From: Candidatus Azotimanducaceae bacterium
Lineage (GTDB): Bacteria; Pseudomonadota; Gammaproteobacteria; Pseudomonadales; Azotimanducaceae
Direction: 5' to 3'
Assembly: GCA_965216695.1 (NCBI GenBank)
Contig: OZ244212.1
Span: 4,128,035-4,192,034, forward strand
DNA: 64,000 nucleotides
The stretch's first letter is position 1. Every line of letters begins with the position of its first letter. The position numbers were made by a program, and so were the translations under genes. Below the pieces are notes generated by a model. That model made no database searches. It had not been told where the DNA came from and saw only the letters and a program-made list of their open reading frames with translations. Below are positions 43,994 through 53,578 of the stretch, one piece after another.

Positions 43994-45952
43994 TCAGCGC
44001 CGGCGTTTGAACACGAGCAGCAGGTTGCCGGGTTCATGAAAGTACAGGCCGTAGCCGGAGTTTGTAACAAAATACCCGTCGCCGATCGCGGACCCCGCGC
44101 CGCTCATGCTGCCGCCGCGGCCGGCCACGCCGTTGATTGTATCGACGGGTTGTGTTGTGTCGTACTCCCACAGGATTGAACCGTCGTTGCGTGCGTACGC
44201 TCGGACGACGCCGTCGAGGTGTCCTGCGAACACAACACCGGGCGCGGCCGTGATTGCTGCGGACACGCCGGGATCACAGAACTCGCGTCCCTTACCGCAT
44301 TGATCTTCTTGCACATGGTTCCACAAGACGCTGCCGTCGATCGCGTTGATCGCGTGTACGCCCGGTCGCGCGAGATCGGGATCCAACACGTCGCCGTTGC
44401 GCGTGTCGTTCATATCGTTGATCGGCGCGTAAACGACATGGCCTTCGGCCGCCATGCCGAAATGCACGCCCCCCTGAATACTGCCGCGACCGACGCGCTG
44501 CGCAAACAGTACGGCGCCTTCGGCGTCCGGATCCAGGCCGAAGATCGTGCCGTTCTTGTGTCCCACGACAAGCACCTGGTCGCCGTCGGGCTTGTCCACC
44601 AGGATTACGCTGGATCCATGATCGAAATCTGGACCCTGCTCGGGTGGGCAGTTGGGATTGTCGGCCATCATGCAGGCCACGTTCCATGCGTCCCCCGCGG
44701 TGCTCTGGCGCTGCCACAAACGTTCACCGGTTGCCAGATCTACCGCAATTACCGCATCGCTGTTGCCGTCCGCAGGGGTCGAGTAGTTCTCTCCGGTACC
44801 GAAGTACAGGCGGTTGCGCCGATGATCGATGGCAGGCGAATTCCATACCGGCGCACCGGAAGGAGACAGCACGCGCGTGCCTGCGGCGGTTGTACTGGTG
44901 GGGCTCGGTGCGTCGGCGATGGCGTAGTGGCGCCAGATGGTTTTGCCGGTGGCGGCGTCCAGCGCAAGCACGCTGCCGCGGAACGTGCAGCACTCGTAGT
45001 CGGGGTCTGCTGCCGCAATGACTTCCAGCGACGAAACGGGTACGAATAGCCGTTGACCATGAATGGCCGGTGTGCCGGTAAGGGTGGCGCTGTGGTGGTC
45101 GTCCGCGCGTCGGGTCCAGACGAGCTCGCCGGTGAGCGCGTCCACGGCGTACAGTTTCGCGAGTATGTCCCCGAAGTAGGCGAGCGGCCGGTCGCTCGCA
45201 CCCGGCGTTAACACGATTCCGGTGCGCACCTCGGCGGTGGCTTGGAAAGTCCAGCGGGCGCAGCCGCGGTCGAGGTCGAAGGCGTACACCAGGCCGGATT
45301 GGGAGCCGACGAAGACCGCGCCGTAGCCGATGCTGGGCTGCGATCGGGCGCGCATGGCACCGGGAAACGCAAACGCCCACGCCAGTTCCAGATCCGCGGC
45401 GGATGCGCCATCGATGCCGCCGACGTCATGCGGAACGAAACGCGACGTATCGTGTCCCCAGCCGACCGCGCCCGGCGGGGAGGTACGGTTGAATCCAGCG
45501 ATGCCATCGTCGCACATCGGCGTTTCGGCTACGGCGTCGGATCCGACACGGGTTCGTGTGATGTACTCGGCGATGTGTTCGCGCTCACGCTTGGAAAGCC
45601 CCGCAGACTGCGTTGCCATGATGCCGCCGTTCATCGACTTCAAAATGCCGGTGGGCGTCATCATTTCCAGCCAGCTGAGATGCGGTGCCTTGGGTACCTG
45701 TCCGGTATGGCACTGCGCGCAACGGGTCTGATAGAGCGCCGCGCCGGGCATCGCCTCGCGCGGACCGAAGTCGCCGCTGGTTGCCTGAAACTGATCGGTA
45801 CTGGACAGCACCTCGGCTTCTTGTGCGCCGGTGTCGGCGTTGGTTATGGCAGCGCGTTCGTCCGCCTGCTCGCCCTCCTGAGACGTGGTTGCGCATGCTG
45901 CGACGGCTCCCGCCAGAACGCTCACCAGGAATGCGGTTCGAAACGTTCGCAT
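43994..45952 (-). CDS. lipoprotein with N-terminal c-type cytochrome domain and PQQ-like (BamB-type) beta-propeller repeats
   Basis: Lipobox AVAAC and haem-binding CAQCH, then repeated propeller blades (LYAVDALTGELVW, VLALDAATGKTIW, VIAVDLATGERLW, AINAIDGSVLW). Confidence 0.75.
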   Translation of the reverse strand: MRTFRTAFLVSVLAGAVAACATTSQEGEQADERAAITNADTGAQEAEVLSSTDQFQATSGDFGPREAMPGAALYQTRCAQCHTGQVPKAPHLSWLEMMTPTGILKSMNGGIMATQSAGLSKREREHIAEYITRTRVGSDAVAETPMCDDGIAGFNRTSPPGAVGWGHDTSRFVPHDVGGIDGASAADLELAWAFAFPGAMRARSQPSIGYGAVFVGSQSGLVYAFDLDRGCARWTFQATAEVRTGIVLTPGASDRPLAYFGDILAKLYAVDALTGELVWTRRADDHHSATLTGTPAIHGQRLFVPVSSLEVIAAADPDYECCTFRGSVLALDAATGKTIWRHYAIADAPSPTSTTAAGTRVLSPSGAPVWNSPAIDHRRNRLYFGTGENYSTPADGNSDAVIAVDLATGERLWQRQSTAGDAWNVACMMADNPNCPPEQGPDFDHGSSVILVDKPDGDQVLVVGHKNGTIFGLDPDAEGAVLFAQRVGRGSIQGGVHFGMAAEGHVVYAPINDMNDTRNGDVLDPDLARPGVHAINAIDGSVLWNHVQEDQCGKGREFCDPGVSAAITAAPGVVFAGHLDGVVRAYARNDGSILWEYDTTQPVDTINGVAGRGGSMSGAGSAIGDGYFVTNSGYGLYFHEPGNLLLVFKRRR

Positions 45953-46098
45953 GGATTCCCCCTACTCCCCTCATATGTGCCCGACCATGATCTTAGATTG
46001 TCGCGTATTGTTCTACCGCGCCAAACGGTGTCACGACGGTGTGGGCTAACGCCGTGCTAGCATCGAGTCCGGTCACGGGACGGGACTCCGGGCACACG

Positions 46099-47310
46099 AT
46101 GGGGGAGCGAACAATCGGCACCTATGCCGGCGCGCAGGACGCGCTGCGCAACCCGGATCTGTGCCAGGCACTCTACGACGCCGGTGATCAGGTGATGGCG
46201 GATGCTCTGATAACGTTGCATGGGGATGCGCATCGCTCGCGCCGTACCGTGGAGATGCGCGTGTTCAACCGCGGCTTCTTCCGCCACTACGAACACAGAG
46301 TTTTCCCTGCGGTGATTGGGCCGCTGCTCGACCCCCTGGTTGACGATGGAGAGATGGACCTGGTGACGTTCGGTTATAGGGTCACCATGAATCTGACGGC
46401 GGATTTTGCGGGCATTGATCGGCACGACGACGCGCCGGCTGAAACCGACCTGCTCCTGGCCCTGGTGAAGAAGTTCAGCGAGGGGGCAACCATGGTGCAC
46501 TCGACGCGGAACACGACGCAGCTGCGTGGTGAAGTGGACGAAGCCATGCGGACGTTCGAGCGACGCTTTCTATATCCGTCGCGGCAGCGGCGCCTGGCGC
46601 TGGTCCGGGCGTATGAACGCGGCGAGCGTTCGGATGCCGATTTACCCCGCGATGTCATCACGACACTGTTGCGCGATCGTGCAGCGCACCCTCTGTCGGA
46701 GGATGTGTTCCGGCGAGAGATTGCGTTCTACCTGCAGGCCGGTGCACACAGTACGGCGAACAGTGTGGTGCATGCGTTGCACGAGATCTTCGACTGGCGC
46801 GAGCGCTGGCCCGATCGATGGGCCCGTTACGGGAGCGATCCGCTGTTCATTCAGCGATGCGTGCACGAGAGTTTGCGCCTGAATCCCGCGAGCCCGGTCG
46901 CGTGGCGCCGGGCGAATCGTCGGCTGAGCATTCTGGGTGAACAGATCGACGCGGACGATCGGGTGGTCATCGATCTGAAGGCGGCTAATCGCGATCCATC
47001 CGTTTACGGCGATGACGCGGACACGTTTAATCCGCTGCGAACGTTGGACGGCGCGGCGTGGGCGTGGGGTTTGAGTTTCGGTTACGGGGTGCATGCGTGT
47101 CTGGGACGCACGCTCGACGGCGGTGTGCAGGCGACCGAATCCAGCGACCCGGAAACGCATCAGTACGGTATTGTGGCGCTGCTGGTGAGGACACTCCTCG
47201 CGCACGGTGCGCAGCGGCATCCTTACCGTTTCCCGGTGGAGGATGCCAGCACGGTGCGCGACAACTGGTCCAGCTACCCGATCGTGTTTGCTAAGGGCGA
47301 AAGACTATGA
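46099..47310 (+). CDS. cytochrome P450
   Basis: Haem-Cys loop FGYGVHACLG, I-helix AGAHST and ExxR (ESLR). Confidence 0.9.
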   Translation: MGERTIGTYAGAQDALRNPDLCQALYDAGDQVMADALITLHGDAHRSRRTVEMRVFNRGFFRHYEHRVFPAVIGPLLDPLVDDGEMDLVTFGYRVTMNLTADFAGIDRHDDAPAETDLLLALVKKFSEGATMVHSTRNTTQLRGEVDEAMRTFERRFLYPSRQRRLALVRAYERGERSDADLPRDVITTLLRDRAAHPLSEDVFRREIAFYLQAGAHSTANSVVHALHEIFDWRERWPDRWARYGSDPLFIQRCVHESLRLNPASPVAWRRANRRLSILGEQIDADDRVVIDLKAANRDPSVYGDDADTFNPLRTLDGAAWAWGLSFGYGVHACLGRTLDGGVQATESSDPETHQYGIVALLVRTLLAHGAQRHPYRFPVEDASTVRDNWSSYPIVFAKGERL

Positions 47311-48041
47311 AACAGATCTTCATTACCGGTGCGGGTTCCGGGCTCGGCGCGTGTATCGCTCAACTGGCGGCGGCCCGCGGCTACCGGGTCGGCGTGTTCG
47401 ACCGCGATGCGGCGGCGGCGGAGGCAGTTGCGGAAGAACTCGCAAACGCCGCGGCGTTCAGCGGTGACGTGTGTGATCCCGAGTCGATCGAACAGGCACT
47501 GGACGACTTCGGGCGCCTCGACGTGCTGGTCAACAACGCCGGTGTGTTGCGCACTGGGCCTTTGATCGATCACAGCGTCGAAGACTTTCGCGCGGTGATT
47601 GATGTCAATCTGAACGGCGTATTCACCGCTGGCCAGGCCGCGGCCAGGAAAATGCGAGAGCAGGGTGGTGCGATCATCAACCTGTCGTCGATCAACGGCA
47701 TTCACCCAAGTCCCAATTGCGGTGCGTACGCCGCGGCGAAAGCCGGCGTGATCGGGCTGACGCAGCACATGTCGATCGAGTGGGGTGAGTACGGAATACG
47801 CGTCAATGCCGTCGCACCCGGATTCATCGATTCCGGAATGTCTGCGCCGTTCTACCGCAATGAACGCGTGCGCGAGCGACGTGGCAAAGCGGTGCCGTTA
47901 CGGCGCCTGGGGCGCGCGGAGGATGTTGCGGAAACCGTTTTGTTCCTTGCGTCGGACGCCGCTGCCTACATCAGTGGCGAAACCATTGCGATAGACGGCG
48001 GCGTGGTGAACAGCGTGCTGTTGCACCTGCCGCGCGAATGA
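47307..48041 (+). CDS. SDR family oxidoreductase
   Basis: TGAGSGLGA and YAAAKAG. ATGA overlap with the P450 stop. Confidence 0.9.
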   Translation: MKQIFITGAGSGLGACIAQLAAARGYRVGVFDRDAAAAEAVAEELANAAAFSGDVCDPESIEQALDDFGRLDVLVNNAGVLRTGPLIDHSVEDFRAVIDVNLNGVFTAGQAAARKMREQGGAIINLSSINGIHPSPNCGAYAAAKAGVIGLTQHMSIEWGEYGIRVNAVAPGFIDSGMSAPFYRNERVRERRGKAVPLRRLGRAEDVAETVLFLASDAAAYISGETIAIDGGVVNSVLLHLPRE

Positions 48042-48811
48042 CGATGAGCCTGGTGCCCATCGAAGACTATTCCGTATTGATTACCGGTGGTGGGTCAGGG
48101 ATCGGTGCCGGGGCCGCCGAATACCTGGCTACCCGGGGCGCACGCGTGACGATATCCGGTCGCCGAGCGGAGAAACTGCAGGAAGTTGTCGATCGCGTCG
48201 ACGGCGCGATGCACGCGGTGTGTGGCGACGTGGGCCGGCCGGACGACCGCGAGCGGATGGTTGCGGAAGCCGTTGCGTTCGGTGGACGTCTGGACGGACT
48301 GGTCAATAACGCCGGCAACATGTATCGCGGGCCTCTGGCTACGCTTGAAACTTCCGCGCTCGAAAACATCTTCCGCTCCAATGTGATCGCGCCGATGCTC
48401 CTCACCGGCTTGGCGCAGCCACACCTGGCGGCACGAGGCGGCGCGGTCGTGTTCATTGGTTCGGTTCACAATCGAAGGGCGTTTCCCGGGGTGTCGCCGT
48501 ATGCGGCGACCAAAGGTGCTATCGAAGCACTGACTCGGTCACTCGCGGCCGAGCTAGGCGCGGACGGGATTCGGGTTAACTGCGTTTGCCCTGGCGCGGT
48601 ATTCACCGAAATCAATCAACGCGCGGGATTGTTCACGGATGACGAAGCGCTGGCGCGGCTCCAAGGCATGAGCGGACTGCACGCGCTCGGCAGAATCGGC
48701 GAAACCGAAGAGATTGCCGAAGCGATCGCCTACTTCCTGCAGGCACGCTGGACGACGGGTGCAATCATGGATGTGGACGGTGGGCTTGGACTGGGGCTGA
48801 CCGAGGGTTGA
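48038..48811 (+). CDS. SDR family oxidoreductase
   Basis: TGGGSGIGAG and YAATKGA. ATGA overlap with the upstream SDR. Confidence 0.9.
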   Translation: MTMSLVPIEDYSVLITGGGSGIGAGAAEYLATRGARVTISGRRAEKLQEVVDRVDGAMHAVCGDVGRPDDRERMVAEAVAFGGRLDGLVNNAGNMYRGPLATLETSALENIFRSNVIAPMLLTGLAQPHLAARGGAVVFIGSVHNRRAFPGVSPYAATKGAIEALTRSLAAELGADGIRVNCVCPGAVFTEINQRAGLFTDDEALARLQGMSGLHALGRIGETEEIAEAIAYFLQARWTTGAIMDVDGGLGLGLTEG

Positions 48812-48833
48812 ACATGGCGCGGGAGTCTGTGGC

Positions 48834-50438
48834 TCAAGTGTCGCGAATCTTCTCGAACGTCAGACCGAAGCGATCCAAATACTGCTTTATGCGGTGTGAG
48901 TCGTTGCTGGAGGATTTGCGCAGACGCGACGCCTGAAACAGCCGTCTTCCCGCGTCCGCCATGGAGCGGCTGTTGCGGCAGACCTGGATCACACCTTCGA
49001 GCTGGATGCGATCGAACCGGTCCATCTGATTCAGTTCATCTTCGCCGACGAACGACAGCAGCGCCCGACGTTCGTTGTCGTCGCTGCCGCCGCGGGCCCA
49101 ACGGGTTTCCAGCAAGTCGATCTCTGCGTTGACGATGTTAAGCGACACGCGTCCGCCGTCCGCCAGCGTCGCCATGCGCGTGATGCTGGAGTTCAGGTCC
49201 CGGAAGTTGGCGCGCCACTGGGCTTGGGTGGTGGCGAAGCGGAGGTAGCGTTCGCGTGCTTCCCGGCTGAACCGGATCATGGTGCCCATGTTTGAGCGCG
49301 CTTTGTCGATCTCGAAATCGAGATTGGGTTCGAAGTCTTCGATGCGTTCTCTGAGCGACGGCAGGTGGTAGGTCCACAGATCCAACCGAGCGATGAGGTC
49401 TTCGCGAAAACGCCCGGTGTCCACCATCTGCCAGAGATTTTGATTGGTACCGGCAATCAATTGAAAATCGCTGCTCACTTCGGTGTCGCTCCCAACCGGG
49501 AAAAAGTGTTTGGTTTCGATAGCGTTCAGCAGCATTGCCTGCTCCTCGACGCCGAGTTCACCGATTTCATCGAGAAACAGCAGGCCGTCGTTCGCTTCCC
49601 GCAGTAATCCAGGTCTGTTGGATGTGGCGCCGGTAAACGCTCCCTTTACGTGGCCAAACAATGTCGAGCTGACGGTGTCGCCGCGCAGTGTTGCGCAATT
49701 CACAGAAACAAAGCGTCCGGCGAACTGGTCGCGCTGTTTTTTCAGTTCGAAGATCTGTCTTGCCAGCTGAGACTTTCCCGCGCCGGTTGGACCGGTCAAC
49801 AAAATGGGTTCGCTCGAGCGAATGGACACCTTTTCGATCTGTTCGATCATTGTGTTGAACGCCGCATTGCGCGTTTGTATGCCCTGTTTCAGATAGGCCG
49901 TGCCCTCCAGGTGTTCGAGATGAAATCGCGACGCTATCTGATCGTACTTTGAAAGATCCAGGTCAATTTCGTGGTAGCGACCAATGGGCGACTCACCCTC
50001 TTGCGGCCGCGCAGCGGGTGGCGAGGTCTGGATCAGAGTGCCTGGGACGTAGCGCGCTTCGGTCAACAGGAACCAGCAGATCTGAGCGACGTGCGTACCG
50101 GTGGTCATGTGCACGAGATAGCGTTCGTTGTCTATGTCGAAGTCGTAATCGTCGGTGAAGGTTCTGAGCGTGCGGTACACGTTTGCGAAGTCCCAGGGGT
50201 CGTCCTGCTGTATCAGGTGGAGCACGACTTCGGTTTCCGGTGACACGCTCGCGATGTCGCGGCTCACCTGTTTGGCCAGCGATGTGTGACGAACCTCGTG
50301 CAGGAGTTCCAGCCGGTCGACGATGAAGTCGTCGTGTTGGCACAGTGAGACGGTGGGGCGCCATGAACTCCAGCGTTTGGGACCGCGACCGCGTCGGTCC
50401 AGGTTGGTCCCCAACATCCCTAAGACGACCGTTTTCAT
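48834..50438 (-). CDS. rtcR: sigma-54-dependent transcriptional activator RtcR
   Basis: MKTVVLGMLGTNLDRRG...RWSSWRPTVSLCQHDDFIVDRLELLH...ITTGTHVAQICWFLLTEARYVPGTLIQTSPP is collinear with E. coli RtcR. The AAA+ core has GPTGAGKS and the C-terminus is HTH-like. ATG 50450 is the alternative start. Confidence 0.9.
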   Translation of the reverse strand: MKTVVLGMLGTNLDRRGRGPKRWSSWRPTVSLCQHDDFIVDRLELLHEVRHTSLAKQVSRDIASVSPETEVVLHLIQQDDPWDFANVYRTLRTFTDDYDFDIDNERYLVHMTTGTHVAQICWFLLTEARYVPGTLIQTSPPAARPQEGESPIGRYHEIDLDLSKYDQIASRFHLEHLEGTAYLKQGIQTRNAAFNTMIEQIEKVSIRSSEPILLTGPTGAGKSQLARQIFELKKQRDQFAGRFVSVNCATLRGDTVSSTLFGHVKGAFTGATSNRPGLLREANDGLLFLDEIGELGVEEQAMLLNAIETKHFFPVGSDTEVSSDFQLIAGTNQNLWQMVDTGRFREDLIARLDLWTYHLPSLRERIEDFEPNLDFEIDKARSNMGTMIRFSREARERYLRFATTQAQWRANFRDLNSSITRMATLADGGRVSLNIVNAEIDLLETRWARGGSDDNERRALLSFVGEDELNQMDRFDRIQLEGVIQVCRNSRSMADAGRRLFQASRLRKSSSNDSHRIKQYLDRFGLTFEKIRDT

Positions 50439-50560
50439 ATTTATTTTCATCGTAACCTATCTACTACGATAGTCTATGGGACTGCTACACAGAAGCCCAG
50501 GATTCCCGAATCCCGAATTAAGTTAATTAATACAGAGGGTTAGGCTGGAGTCGCCGGAGT

Positions 50561-50576
50561 TGGCACGGTAATCGCT
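50561..50576 (+). promoter_or_regulatory. sigma-54 (-24/-12) promoter of the rtcBA operon
   Basis: TGGCACGGTAATCGCT has the GG and GC elements 12 nt apart, against the consensus TGGCAC-N5-TTGC. It lies 61 nt upstream of the rtcB ATG and divergent from rtcR. Confidence 0.6.
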
Positions 50577-50636
50577 TTATACGAGGCATTGAATGATGTT
50601 CTACGACGAATACTCACGCGGATCGAGGACCCCGAT

Positions 50637-51881
50637 ATGACAGACACAGCGCAGACATCCGAGACCGCCTACGAAGTGATGCACGGCGAACGGGCAATCA
50701 TCAAATCCTGGACCCGCGGCGTGGCGTTCGAGGCGGAAGCGCGCGCACAGTTGAAGAACATCGCGAGCCTGCCGTTCATCCACAAGTGGATTGCGGCGAT
50801 GCCGGATGTCCATCTGGGCAAAGGGGCCACGATTGGCAGTGTTGTGCCGACGGTCGGCGCGGTGATTCCGGCCGCGGTCGGTGTGGATATCGGGTGCGGC
50901 ATGATGGCTGTACGCACCAGCCTTGCCGCAACGGATTTGCCCGATAGTTTGAGCGGGGTGCGCACCGCCGTGGAAGCGGCGGTCCCGCATGGACGGTCGA
51001 ACCGTAGGCGCGGCTCCCGCGACAAAGGCGCCTGGGGCGAAGCGCCAAACGACGTACTGACCGCCTGGCAGAATCTGTCGTCGACATTCGACCAGCTGTG
51101 CCGGAAGCATCCGGTGTTGAAGAACACGAACAACGTGATGCATCTGGGAACGTTGGGTACCGGCAATCACTTCATTGAGATTTGCCTGGATGAAACGGAT
51201 CAGGTGTGGGTGATGCTGCATAGCGGTTCGCGGGGCGTAGGAAATCGAATTGGTACCTACTTCATCGAACGGGCGCGCAAGGAGATGGAACGTTTCCAGA
51301 TTCACCTGCCGGACAGGGATCTGGCGTACCTGCCGGAAGGCAGCGACGGCTTCGCGGATTACGTGGAAGCCGTAGAGTGGGCTCAATCGTACGCGCGAAT
51401 CAATCGCGAAGTGATGATGGTCCGCGTGATCGACGCGATGCGTTCGGAGCTGAATGCGCGATTCGATGCACGCCTGGAGGCGGTGAACTGCCACCACAAT
51501 TACGTGAATCGGGAGACGCACTACGGGGAGGACGTGCTCGTTACGCGCAAGGGCGCGGTATCTGCACGCAAAGGCGAGATGGGCATCATTCCGGGCAGCA
51601 TGGGCGCGCGATCGTTCATCGTGCGCGGACTGGGAAACCCAGAGAGCTTCTGCAGTTGCAGTCATGGTGCGGGACGCGTGATGTCGAGAACCAAGGCGAA
51701 AAAGCTGGTGAGTCTGGACGAGCACGTAAAGGCAACAGAAGGCGTCGAGTGTCGCAAGGATGCAGGGGTGATCGATGAGACCCCGGCTGCATACAAGGAC
51801 ATCGAGGCGGTGATGGCGGCACAGAAGGATCTGGTGGAAGTGGTTTACACGCTGAAACAGGTTGTCTGTGTGAAAGGTTAA
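50637..51881 (+). CDS. rtcB: RNA ligase RtcB (3'-phosphate/5'-hydroxyl)
   Basis: KSWTRGV...MPDVHLGKGATIGSVVPT...IPAAVGVDIGCGM...GTGNHFIE...SCSHGAGR match the RtcB metal/GMP-binding motifs. Confidence 0.9.
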   Translation: MTDTAQTSETAYEVMHGERAIIKSWTRGVAFEAEARAQLKNIASLPFIHKWIAAMPDVHLGKGATIGSVVPTVGAVIPAAVGVDIGCGMMAVRTSLAATDLPDSLSGVRTAVEAAVPHGRSNRRRGSRDKGAWGEAPNDVLTAWQNLSSTFDQLCRKHPVLKNTNNVMHLGTLGTGNHFIEICLDETDQVWVMLHSGSRGVGNRIGTYFIERARKEMERFQIHLPDRDLAYLPEGSDGFADYVEAVEWAQSYARINREVMMVRVIDAMRSELNARFDARLEAVNCHHNYVNRETHYGEDVLVTRKGAVSARKGEMGIIPGSMGARSFIVRGLGNPESFCSCSHGAGRVMSRTKAKKLVSLDEHVKATEGVECRKDAGVIDETPAAYKDIEAVMAAQKDLVEVVYTLKQVVCVKG

Positions 51882-51903
51882 CGAAGACGCACGGAGCGCA
51901 GTT

Positions 51904-52995
51904 ATGGCAGACATCGAGATTAATGGTGCGATGAGCGAGGGCGGAGGACAGATCCTCCGCACCGCACTCACGTTGTCGATGGCTACCGGTAAATCGATGG
52001 TGATCGACAACGTGCGCGCTGGTCGGCGAAAACCTGGCTTGCTGCGTCAGCACCTGGCCGCGGTACGCGCGGCCCAGCGCGTTTCCAACGGACAAACGGA
52101 AGGCGCCGAACTGGGTTCGACGCGGCTTGCGTTCAGGCCCGGTCCGATTTGTGGTGGTACGTACGAATTCCGGATTGGCTCCGCTGGCAGCACGACGTTG
52201 GTTGTTCAGACTGTACTGCCGGTGCTTGCGTTGGCGGATGTTCCGAGCACGGTGGTTGTACACGGCGGCACACACAATGGTATGGCGCCGAGCGTGGACT
52301 TCTGTGAACGCACGTTGCTGCCGGTGCTTGGACAGATGGGTTTGCAGACCCGGTCCGAACTGCTGTCGTACGGCTTCGCGCCCAACGGTGGGGGATGCTG
52401 GCGCATTCGTATTCAGCCGTGGTCGCAGGTCCGCCCTCTCGCGCTGTGCGAGCGCGGCGAGCCGGTGTCGCGTCGAGCCGTTGCCGTTGTGGGCAACCTG
52501 CGATCACACATTCCGCAGCGTGAGCTCGAGCGCGTAATGAAAAGGCTTGGGTGGAGCGAGAGCGAGGTGGCAATCGAGTCCGTCGAGTCGGCGGGTCCTG
52601 GCAATATTCTGTCGTTGCGGTGCGACTATGAGGCGATCGCCGAAACGTTCGAATCGGTAGGTGCGGTGGGTGTCAGTGCCGAGCGCGTCGCCGGTCGGGC
52701 GATCCGCGACGCTCGACGCTACCTGCACGGCGGATGGGCGGTGGGCGAGCATCTGGCAGATCAGCTATTGCTGCCAATGGTGCTGGGCGCGGGTGGCGAG
52801 TTCTCGACCGGCGCCCCGAGCGAACATTGCGTGACGAACATGACGTTGATCGATCAATGGTTGCAGACATCGAATTTCGATGTCGAATCCTCCGCATCGG
52901 GCGATCGAACGACGATTCGAATCCCGAACGGCCTGGCGTTGGCGCGCCGGCTCGAAGGAGATCCGGACGGCAGCGTCTGCGATGCTCGCTCGTGA
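51904..52995 (+). CDS. rtcA: RNA 3'-terminal phosphate cyclase RtcA
   Basis: GGGQILRTALTLSMATGKSMVIDNVRAGRRKPGLLRQHLAAV is the RtcA N-terminal signature. The length is appropriate. Confidence 0.9.
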   Translation: MADIEINGAMSEGGGQILRTALTLSMATGKSMVIDNVRAGRRKPGLLRQHLAAVRAAQRVSNGQTEGAELGSTRLAFRPGPICGGTYEFRIGSAGSTTLVVQTVLPVLALADVPSTVVVHGGTHNGMAPSVDFCERTLLPVLGQMGLQTRSELLSYGFAPNGGGCWRIRIQPWSQVRPLALCERGEPVSRRAVAVVGNLRSHIPQRELERVMKRLGWSESEVAIESVESAGPGNILSLRCDYEAIAETFESVGAVGVSAERVAGRAIRDARRYLHGGWAVGEHLADQLLLPMVLGAGGEFSTGAPSEHCVTNMTLIDQWLQTSNFDVESSASGDRTTIRIPNGLALARRLEGDPDGSVCDARS

Positions 52996-53020
52996 GCAGG
53001 CGTTCGCTGCGCGGTTAGGA

Positions 53021-53060
53021 CAGTTCTTGTAAACGAACTGGTCCCGGGTTCGAAACCCGG
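53021..53060 (+). other. two adjacent hairpins downstream of rtcA; the second resembles a tRNA T-arm
   Basis: CAGTTC/GAACTG forms a stem (53021-53026 / 53035-53040) with an 8-nt loop. It is followed by CCGGG-TTCGAAA-CCCGG (53044-53060). No T-tract, and the AAGGAG SD of the next gene follows. Confidence 0.5.
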
Positions 53061-53081
53061 AAGGAGCTGGAGGCTGGCGTC

Positions 53082-53534
53082 ATGGCCGAGCAGATTGCGC
53101 AACATCGATACGTTTTCGACCTCGACGGGACGCTCGCCGATGCGGAGCACCGGCGTCCGTTGCTGCAGGGTGACAAACCCGATTGGCATAGCTTCAACAA
53201 GGCATCGCTGTTCGATCCGCCGCGAGCGTCGGTTGTGCAGGTGCTTCGAGCACTGTTCGACACGGGCTACGAGATTTGGATCGTGAGCGCGCGCTCTGAC
53301 GCGGTGGCGCTGGAAACGCGGGGATGGCTAACAAAGCACGCGGTGCCCTACCATCGTCTGCTGATGCGATCGGCAGCGGATAGCAGGCCGGACAGTGAAT
53401 TGAAACGGCAGTGGGCCCTGGCGTATGACTTTCCGGCTAGCGTCCTTGCAGTCTTCGACGATCGACGTTCGGTTGTCCGTATGTGGCGCAACCTTGGCAT
53501 ACCTTGCTTTCAGGTCGCGGACGGAGAATTCTGA
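53082..53534 (+). CDS. stand-alone HAD phosphatase of the T4 polynucleotide kinase 3'-phosphatase type
   Basis: DxDGT nucleophile motif (VFDLDGTLAD), SAR motif (IVSARS), and a C-terminus FDDRRSVVRMWRNLGIPCFQVADGEF. This closely parallels the T4 Pnk C-terminus [25 protein letters not shown] (from memory). Confidence 0.75.
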   Translation: MAEQIAQHRYVFDLDGTLADAEHRRPLLQGDKPDWHSFNKASLFDPPRASVVQVLRALFDTGYEIWIVSARSDAVALETRGWLTKHAVPYHRLLMRSAADSRPDSELKRQWALAYDFPASVLAVFDDRRSVVRMWRNLGIPCFQVADGEF

Positions 53535-53578
53535 CCGGAAGGTTGGAAGCTCGACCGTGCGAAGAGCGTACTCCGCCG

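Noticed and set aside
52984-53067. Possible tRNA gene downstream of rtcA
   Set aside because: Only a T-arm and a non-canonical 8-nt-loop hairpin can be drawn. The putative acceptor strands (GCTCGCT / AAGGAGC) mispair at two of seven positions. There is no D-arm with GG and no CCA or discriminator context.
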